From the NCBI GenBank assembly GCA_030141605.1, contig JAQGDQ010000003.1, forward strand, positions 372,001 to 436,000: a DNA stretch of 64,000 nucleotides. The letters are read 5' to 3'. Of this stretch, positions 26,561-64,000 are shown one piece after another. The notes below the pieces were generated by a model. That model searched no databases and was not told the origin of the DNA. It saw nothing but the letters and a program-made list of their open reading frames with translations. The position numbers and the translations under genes are program-made. How positions within the stretch are numbered: the first letter of the stretch is position 1; each line of letters begins with the position of its first letter. This stretch comes from Tubiluchus corallicola. Lineage: Eukaryota > Animalia > Priapulida.

Positions 26561-27397
26561 AAAAAGCCAAATTCGCTGTACTAAGTGCACCTACTGTCCT
26601 AGAGAACTGTCTGAGCTGCTGTTATCATGATATAGATCACTATCACTTAAGCAAAGAATACTGGTGATATACTTTAGTCCTTAGAGGTGTGTTTGTTTAA
26701 TATCCAAATAATAGATACTGATAGTTATTTCTTTGCAGATACGTCTGAATTTGCGACAGATGCATTTACAGCATTTTTTAGATTTGGGGTCCTTGAACAC
26801 ATTGAATTAAAATCTTATATCTTATGTGAAGGACTTTATTCAAAATTAGTCTGGAATGAGAAGTATTGGGTTACTCGCTTGCTACATGCACGCACCCATA
26901 TATGTAAAAGTACATTTTGCATTTATAAAATGTACAAACTTTAGTAACTTGCTATGTTTCAGATGACGTTCTTCCTTGGGTTGTTTTTATTTGTTCAGCA
27001 ATTTTTGCAATAGTGCTCAATTGTGATGTCACAGTGTTAAACAACCACCTTATGCTATATCACCCACACCTTGCTTGCCTCACAATAGAAGATGGCAAAA
27101 TTTTATATTACATGAACAATGAAAAATATACCATGATCTGAACAGTATTATAAAGATATTCATAAGCGAGCAACCAATTAGTCCTAAAAGAAATATTTTC
27201 AAGCCCATTTTGTGTTACTTCCTTAGTGTAAACCAACGTGTATGATATTGTGGCTTCTATTACGTATGTTTTCATTGTATTTCATAACTTTATCTTGCTG
27301 AGCATCAGAATTTCAGTCTTCCTAGTGAGAAGGTAAGCTTAAGACATGAACTAAATGCCCTGTTAAAATTTCAGAATACTGTGTAAACAAATTGATC

Positions 27398-55136
<27,739 letters not shown>

Positions 55137-57745
55137 TGGGCCAAAAAGATTTGTACTTAATCATAGTTAATTTTAAATTTTGGTTTTTACCACATTATGT
55201 AACATTTGCACTTTTGGAACATGCTTGTTCTTGCAAAAATGGAATGAGGCTGTTTGCATTGTGTGTCAAATTTCTCTGTCTGGGGCTACACACATTGACA
55301 TGCATGGTTTTGATAGAAATTGCATGTTTTTTCCTGTTTTTAAACTTCTACATTTCTCTACTGTCTCTCTTGCAGGCAGTCACTCTTAAATGAGTTGTAA
55401 TTTGTTTTTCCAAAACTTTTTAAAATTCTACGCAAGTGTATCACTCTGTTTTGTTCACCCAGTTTGCTTTTCTAAGACTTGCATGTTTGGAAGCTGTAAA
55501 ATCAAATGACTGTGATAAAATTACACAGGTGAAAACACTTATGATCACTCTCTACTAGCAGTAACATTAAATTTTTGAGTTATGTTGCATTTTGCTCTGC
55601 TTCCATAGTTGTATTAAGATAATGGAAAATCCAAAGTAATGATGTGATAATGGATTTTAAATCCAAATGTCTTCTGTGTGTATTACGTAGCTTAATTTCA
55701 TTGTATAGAAAATGTGCATAGGTTAAAACTGCCATTTCAATAATTTTTAAAAATGCGTACGCTTTTATGTTTATATGTGCTGTGTGTGCTAAATGGTTTG
55801 TACGTAGTTTTTAAGTTTAAGTGCTCAAAGGACAGGCTGCTGTAGAACATTAGAACATGAGTGCTAGTGCCTATATTGATGTGATCATTTGTGACGTTGA
55901 AAAATACTTGTAGCAAAATGTCCTCTGGTGACAAATGTAATTAATTCTGCTATGCGTTGTGCTTGCTAATAATTGATTGCTTTTCTTTTTTATTTGCTTA
56001 TAAACACTAACAGGAATATAGTAATTGCAGAATTTTGAGTGACGTTATCCTTACTAGCCAGTTCCATGCATATTGAGGTTCATAGTTATTGTTAACTTTG
56101 TTTTCTAATAAAACTCAAATGCATTTGTCAATATTAACACTACTGCCTGTGGGGCACCACTGTAATTGTAAATGTCACAACAAATGCACTTGTGTGTGTG
56201 TAAAAATAAACACTGTTGTAATGAATAAGATATTTTGTTTTGACATTAATGATAGTAACACTAATGTCTTGAGTTTGTGACCTGTTGTTAATCAAAATAC
56301 CTGATAGGCTATTTTTAGAATTTTGTGTTTTTTCATTAACGTCGCATTTTTTGTTTATTTATATTAAAAGTAATAATTGTATTTCTGTTGTCATTGTATT
56401 TATCCCTGTAGATTTCATCATACGATATTGTTTTGCATAATTTATAAATTATTTAATTTTATTGATATATATTTACTTATTGCTTATAACTATGTTAACA
56501 TACTTTGTTAACTAACTATGTTAACATACTTTGCCTAGAAACATGCTTACCCACACTATATCACTAATTCTAAACATGTAGCCACATTTTTGTGTGTTTG
56601 CTTTGGCCTTGCTTTGCGAGAAGATTAACTGAGCCTTTTTTTGCACTTGTAGATAACTAATTCCAAAGATTTTATTTAAAAATTTATGTGACTTATTTAG
56701 CCTAGAAAGTAGTAATGCGTGCTCACACTAACACTAGTTCAAAAATGTAGCCTCTTTTTGTGTTTTACCTTAGCTTACATTGTGAGAATGTTATACTGTG
56801 CCTTTCTGAAAAGGAAGTTCAAAGGTTTTTGTCGAAAAAATTGTGGTGCTTTTGTGTATCCTGTACACATGATTCATAAAAGAATTTGCTTAATATTTAG
56901 GGTATGCAACTCGAACTCTCCTGCTCATAACTCCTAAGTGTTATTTAAGACTGCATAAGCCCCAATGTCATTTTAAACTTTACCTCCAATTATATGTTAT
57001 CATATTTCTGATTTCATTTTTGCATATGTTCCACTTCAGAATCGTTAGCTATGAGAAAATATAATATCTGTGAGACTAGCCGTACTTTGTTCCGAAAGAC
57101 CCATCTCCTTTTCCCAATTAATCCCTTCATCTTGACGCATAGGCATAGAGAGATAACTAATTGAAAATCTACTATGTTTATGGTGCTAAGTCAATAGTGA
57201 TTATTTGCTTTTTTATAGAAATTGATGTATAGGTTAATTGTGGCTAATGTATATAAAGTTATGTTAAGATTATCATGATAAGTCTTTGCTAATTTCTAGA
57301 AATGGCAACTGAATTTCCTGGGTGTTGATATATTTTCATCGGACCAGATGTTTAAAGAATATTGTGAAAACTTTGCAAAATATTCTTGTCATTTTGGCTA
57401 TATAATGTGGCTTTTTCTCTGATTTTGAATGAATGCTAGTTTTTTACATTTGCTAATTCAATGTGGATTGATGTCCATTCTAAACTTTTGAAGGCACATA
57501 GTAAAGTCATGTCTGCCATTCATGTAACTCGTTTGCAATAATTTGCAACACTAATAAAGCCAAATAGTTGATCCTCAGATTAACAAAAGAAGTTGTTCTA
57601 CAACTCTTAGTCCAAAACCTTTAAAAGTTGCAATAGATTGCATCATCAGGTGATGTACAATGTTAGTTCTAAAGCTTTTTTCACACTGTTTAGCGGGGCT
57701 TTTATTATTTCAACGAGTTCAGCTGATTTCAATGCATATCAAGTG

Positions 57746-57931
57746 CAGTCAAACCTGTATATCACCTACTTTGGGACAGCAAAAAAGTTTGTGTTAAGCG
57801 AGTTTGGCATTATAACGAGTTGCATTAATACATGCATGTCTATGCAAATACAGACATTCTATTTTGCCAGAAAATTTAGACATTAAGCAAGGTTGGCATT
57901 ATGAAAGCGACATTATAATGAAGTTTGATTG
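57746..57931. mobile_element. Tigger-like MITE, about 186 bp
   Basis: CAGTCAAAC... / ...GTTTGATTG|ta termini, with internal ttggcattat repeats. Confidence 0.65.
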
Positions 57932-60900
57932 TACCACTATATTATTATATTGAATTTGCATACGAATTTATTTATTTCTTTTTTGAGTATTGACATTGGC
58001 TGACAATATTTTTGGTGTGCCATACATTTGTCAAAGTTTTTCATTTGATAACTCAAACTTCTTTTTAATTGTGTGCAAAAACACCTGAATGATAACAATA
58101 CTAGAATGTAGCCTATATTAAATTGGTAACTGTGAACAAGCCAGTTAAGCAGGAAAAACACCTGATGGTGTCTGAAAAGTGAAAACCATACAAGAGTTGC
58201 TCAAGCCACAGTTCTGTGTATTAAATGCATTGTGTAGTAGTGACAGACTATAGAAAATTTGCAGGTAGAAAGACTTGTTGAAGGTAGTTTCATCATTGTC
58301 AGTATTTTGATGGTACATTTTCTGGTATGTAGCTTGGCTAAGGTATGTTTTTGGAGATACTTAAGACTCCTTTATAATATATTATTTTGTGCAGGGTCAT
58401 TTTACATTTTACAGTCAACTTTTTGCTTAAGATGCGTTTGGTTAACTTTGATTTCGTTATCTCTGAGCCTGATTTGGGTCCAGGGTGTATGAACGACCAA
58501 CTCGGTGATTTTTTCAGTCCCTCAGACATGTTAAGAGAGTTGACTGTAATACTTTTTAATGGTACTATGTAGGTTACCAGGGTTTATATAGAACATTTAT
58601 TTACTTGATGTAGAATGTAGATGTTACACCTTTCGTTTGCATATTCATCACATTGTACATACCAAAATATTGCCACATTTGTAATATAAGTGATAGCCTT
58701 TTTATTATAAAAAATATATTATTTTATGATGAATAATAATGATTTTATTATATTTCAAATTTTTGTTGCTGGAGCTTGTTCTTGTCCAATACTTTTTCTT
58801 ATTAGTTTTTGAGCATCATAATTATGTAACTATAACAAATAACATGAGCACTTCCATTCCTAGAGCATTGTTTAATAGCAGGTTAACTGTAAAACTGACA
58901 TAATATAATACCATGCATTTACTGTAAAATGATAACACGAATTTTTGAAAAGCTGCATACTTCCTATAACTCACCTCGAGCAAAAACCTAAATAATTGTT
59001 TATAAAGTGTATTGCACTTAATCACTTAATTTGGAAGTGCAAACTCTGCACAATTTTTTTAATCAATAAACAGTTCACAAAAACCAACCCCAAGCATCTA
59101 CATAAAAAACCAAGAGAGATGATGATTATAGTAAAATAGCTTCATTTAATACATATATATATATATGTGTGTGTGTGTGTCTTTATTAGTGGCTTTACAT
59201 AAATAGCTTGCTTATTAATGTATTAATATAGTATACAGGCTACAACACAGTTTTACCAAAAGTGACAAGAGACAAAAGTAATGCATTACGTCTATTTCTT
59301 TGCACATCTATGAACCAGAATTATGAAACCGCGGCTTCTTTAGTAGGTGCAATTATAGTTTATTTAGTAAGACGATGGATAAATATAACAAAGGTAAGTG
59401 TGCCATATTATGAAAACAACATATGTACAGCATGTGTGCAACATACTTACAAGATAATATACAAAGTGACATACATTTACAAATTAACTTTGCAAGAGAT
59501 TCAACATTTTAACCTGGATGACTATATTCTGCAGAGATATTTTAAAGCTTCATATTCACGTAGATTCACCTACTAGAAAAAAAAGAATATAAATATAACA
59601 AAAAGACATCTGAACACATCTTAAAATAATTTAAATTTCAACGAACAATTGTTCATAAGTTAATGACAAACTTGATTAGAAACTGCTGATGTATGCACAT
59701 TCAGCACTCAGTCAAAACAGAAGATATTTCAGTTTGATACAAACCACATATCGAATAATAATTAAGTTTGCAACAACATTCACTACAACAATATAATACA
59801 TACAACACTATACTTACATTAATGTATAAATGGCTGTTAAGGGTATGTGAACGTAACTGCATTATTTTTAATACTAGCTTAGCCGCCACGAAACACATTT
59901 CTAGATACAAAATTTTAGAAGTATACGCTGTAGCAGCTTTATGTTTCACTCAAAACAAAGGGACTGCACAAGAGTGCGATGACATAGACACAAATAATTG
60001 TATTAATTAGTGTTAAACTCAGAGCACACTTATTTTATTAGATAAATATATAACTATAAACACAGAACACCTTCAACTTCATTTCTGGGACAAAGAACTA
60101 GCTGTGTATTTGTGTGAGGGCTGCTTTTACGAACAAAAACAAATTGTTCATTACAAAACTGTGCTCATTTATGTTAAGTCATTGTCTGTTAGTAGCACAA
60201 TTCACAAGAGAATATGCTTATTAGTACATTAGACAGTATGATAAGAAAAAGTACATAATTTGTTCTCAAGGCACTAATGCATAGCAAACAAGCATAGGAA
60301 AGAAATTAAAAGCCGCATGCAGAGGGTTAGCAATACTATGACACCTTAATAGTTTACTGCTGCATAACATCTGATTCTTTTAGCTATCACATCTTCTACT
60401 TAAGCTGATAACCCCTGGTCCCTTAAAAAATGGACATATATTCATATTTCCTAATCATCATTACACATTAGATTTTATTAAACAGTAAGAATGGACGTGA
60501 GAATCTAAATGCCTTTATCAAAGCGCTACTGTACTGAGAGTACCACAAAGTCTGAAAGACTACAAATCATACACTTAAAAGAATCTCAACTGTATATAGA
60601 ACAAAATTATAAATGGATTTATATCGATTACTAAGATAAAGTGTTCTTTGCTAAGAAATCCAAAAAGAGGAAGACAAAAGGACAGACACACACCTCGCAT
60701 TTTTAGAGAAGACAATTACAAAACTGTGTCTCTGTCTACTAGTCAATGCTAAACAACTTGACTATACAATAACACAGCCATCCAGTCACTTATTAGCCAA
60801 TACATGAGTACATGAATAGCCACTATATACCTGCTTGCACGACACTATAAAATCTTTTACTGCTTATCTTAAGGTCACAAGTTGCAGATTTGTCTGCTAA

Positions 60901-61597
60901 TTTTACACCAGTACTAACTACTCGCCTACTTATTCAATTCAATTAAGAAGCAAACAGCTCTAGAAATATTTAGCAGTGCAGATGGACAAGCAAGTAATGG
61001 TATGCTTTTGAGAATTCTGCACAATTTTTAGGCAAAAACACTATCTTATCATAAAGCAAAGCACGCTAACTTTAATAGCATTGCTTCTGAATATTCAGTA
61101 CAGTTTTTAGGTGAAAACTCTAACCCATTATAATTAAAGCAAGTTAACTTCTATTGTATACTTCCGAGTATTCTGGATGATTTTTAGGCAAAAATTCGAA
61201 TTTCATTTTTTATGCATAACAAAGCGTTTAACAGTGTACAGCAAAACTGTACAGTTATTAGTTAGTTTTCAGTAAATATGCTTTAATATCATACTACTAA
61301 TATACTTTGCATGAGTATTTCATAGCAAATTGGCATAGTTAATAAACCAATTTAACTACTTTGTGTGTTTTTCTTAAGAAAGCTTGCCCTGCGCAAAACA
61401 TGACTAGAAAATCAAATGGCACAGTCAAAAGACTCATGAAATAAACAATTCTTACGTTCGATGTGTGATCAAATATAAAATGCCGACAGTGCCCCATTTT
61501 CAATAATCTAGAGCGAGTGTATCTCAAACGAAACAAAGGGAATGCAGGTAAGACTAAGACCACTTCCGTAAGAAGAATTCTAGAAGACAAGAGTCAG

Positions 61598-63776
61598 TTA
61601 CGTCAACCTCTCGAGATTAAAAGTTGGCTTTAAAGCACTTGCTGAACTGGGTTTAGTGGTGACTTTCAATTTATTGACAGGGGCTGAACCGGGTTTACTG
61701 CTGACATTCGTGATGCTGGTATGGCCTGAACTAGGCTTACTACTAGCACTTGATTGGCTGACATTTGCTGAACCAGGCTTACTACTAACATTTGATTTGC
61801 TGACGTGTCCTTTATTGGCAGCCCCAGTACTTGATTTACTGCTGATTTCTCCCTTAGACTTGCTAGTTTCCAATTTACTCCTGGAAGAAAGGCTAGATAT
61901 AACACTTCCAACAAAACTAGTCTTGCTGCCGCCATCCTCCCTTGAAGTCTCTAAGCGTTTGCCTGCAAAAGCCTGATTGCTTGGAGATTTGTGAAAGTTG
62001 ATGCCTGCCATTATTAAGCTACCAAAGCCTTCCTGGTGTGAAAATGCATAACCGCCTTTTGCTGATGTTTCCCTTCTCAATCGAACACTTCTGCTGGGCT
62101 GCAAGTGCATGTCCATAACAGGTTTAAATACACACTGCTTCAGACGCACCTTGTCGCTAAGAGTTGGGGATACGTCCAACTTGTAAAACCTTTAAAGAGA
62201 AAGAGTCCTTAGTAGTAGTTATACTTTAGGAATCACATCAAATTTATGATGCAAAAATATGCAAATACATTTTGCCACGCAATTTTTCCTTATGAAATGA
62301 TATACATTCCACAATTAAAACATACTTTTATTAATGTCAATTCTCAAAGGCTTTATAAGACAATAATGCAGCCTTAGCATTTATCAAACAAATTTTACTT
62401 TATTATATTTGACTGTGTTAAAAACTATCTATTTTGCAAATTACACAGTGAAGGGCAAGAGAAAAAGTTCAACTTACCTTAGAACAACTATAGGTAGCAT
62501 GAGAATTACTAGTATCAGTAGCACAGTAAACCAAGTTATTGGATAACCTAGCGTTGCCCTGGCTACTCCCATGTACGATGCGCGAACAAAATTGCTATAC
62601 AACAGAAACTGAAAGGCAAAATAGAATGCGATCGATCCCCAAATGACAAAGTGGTTAAGACCAGTCCAATAAGAGGTGTCTAAAGCTATCTGAAATAGAA
62701 GAAAACAATCACCAAAAGATAAAAAAGAGATGATAAAATCGATATATCTGCTAGTCGAAGAATATTTCAATATATTGAATTTAATACGTCATATAGAGCA
62801 CGCTGAAATGAAAATCACTTCTCATGTTCAGCTCATTAAGCTTCCTAAGAGCAAATCATAAGCTTTTAAGTGCCACATCTAAAAACAACACCACTAGAAA
62901 GATTTGTCAACAGACAGACAAGAGAGACAATAGGCCTACTCCTGCTAACTTAATGTTAGTCCTTTAGCACATTTAAACCGTCTTCTACTTGTGGCATGCT
63001 TTAGTTAAAGCTTTCTTAAGATCATGCTGCCAGACACCATAAAAAACGAGTACCAAAGCCAACTATGAGAGCATTTTCATGTCAAATAAACATTTTCTTA
63101 GACCATTATAATTAAGCCATTAAAACACTTTTGGAACCATTTACACTATCTAAAGTAAAATCATATCCAAGTTTATTTCAAGTAATGGGTTTATATTAAA
63201 CAAACAGTACGTCCTCGTTTTATCATTTCTCGTTTATCTGATGTCTTATTTATCTTCAAACCTTATGATAAAAATTAAGTTTAGTCAGTTAATCTTTTTT
63301 TAAAATGTACATCCCTTTAAAATCATCAGAATTTTCAATTTAAGCCTGTGTAGCTATGCAATATTTCCTAACTGTGATTAACAGTTTTTATATGTAAGAT
63401 ATGGTGTCATTTCGGTTATCTGAATTTTCTGCTTATGTGAAAAATACTCAACCCCAAGACATTCAGATAAGCGGGAACACAGGGTTGTACTTTTGATACG
63501 ATTTCAATTAAAATTCCATACCTGTAATGTAACGGATAATATCAGAGAAGTGGAAATGACAAATCCTAATGCTTGTACATTTGTGAGATCAACTGCATCA
63601 GTTTCATGTACCATCCACGCGTTGCTAAACGTTAAGTATGGTACAGCAAACAATACCAGGGACGAATAGATCCCTCGAAAAATGCTGAGCAGGAAAACTT
63701 TAGTGTTGAAAAACTGATTTAGCTGCCCGGGGATGTAGAGTCGAGGATACCTGAGCGAGTTGTTCTCATCCACATC
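61598..63776 (-). CDS. ATP8B: Phospholipid-transporting P4-ATPase, ATP8B class; last three coding exons (gene continues beyond the window)
   Basis: Exons (-) 63776-63522, 62689-62478, 62189-61598 with phases 0 and 2. Motifs DVDENNSLRYPRLYIPGQLNQFFN, LQIALDTSYWTGLNHFVIWGS, PTLSDKVRLKQ and the C-terminal regulatory GYAFSHQEGFG. A candidate AATAAA on the minus strand lies near 59182. Confidence 0.93.
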
Positions 63777-64000
63777 CTAAAATAAAGTGTTAAGAATTAA
63801 ACCTTTAATATGAAAGTTCTGGCAAACTTTGTCATAATTAAAAGTGTCACCAATGTTTTCTATAAAGTCTTTAAAGCTGAAGAATATAAACGCTTTAACA
63901 GTAAATGTCAAACACCATAAAATGTATACTAATATTGCAAAGCGTAAAAATATAACATCAATTGTCAAAGAGCCATAAGTGAAACATTTGCATGATCACG

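Noticed and set aside
56488-56533. 21-bp direct repeat taactatgttaacatactttg x2 as CRISPR-like
   Set aside because: Only two copies with a 5-nt spacer; ordinary slippage duplication in eukaryotic DNA.
57600-60100. Cluster of 60-100 aa ORFs between NT5C2 and ATP8B
   Set aside because: AT-rich UTR/intergenic composition, mostly non-ATG starts, no splice-consistent model or known motif.
61656-61976. Antisense 106-aa Leu-rich ORF with repeats
   Set aside because: Mirror of the Ser/Lys repeat on the ATP8B coding strand.

Overview
AT-rich genomic DNA from an invertebrate-like animal with GT-AG introns. I found no prokaryotic features, CRISPR array, rRNA or intact tRNA. Four intron-containing genes were rebuilt by hand with consistent splice phases: (1) the 3' five coding exons of a PCED1/FAM113 SGNH-type esterase (+, 362-5329); (2) a complete centriolar POC5 (-, 11 coding exons, about 614 aa); (3) a complete cytosolic purine 5'-nucleotidase NT5C2/cN-II (+, 14 coding exons, about 632 aa), divergent from POC5; (4) the last three exons of an ATP8B-type P4-ATPase flippase (-). 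Introns and intergenic DNA carry MITEs (pogo/Tigger-, hAT- and Harbinger-like), decayed Penelope, RTE and Harbinger fragments, and microsatellites. The most notable observations lie in NT5C2. One is a very young intragenic duplication whose second copy lacks the exon and whose junction carries a templated insertion, with a filled and an empty MITE site side by side. The others are candidate TATA-driven alternative first exons, one of which would give an enzyme lacking the catalytic DMDYT motif. I found no firm evidence for a wholly new biological system; the isoform hypotheses need RNA data. Family assignments come from recalled motifs, not database searches.
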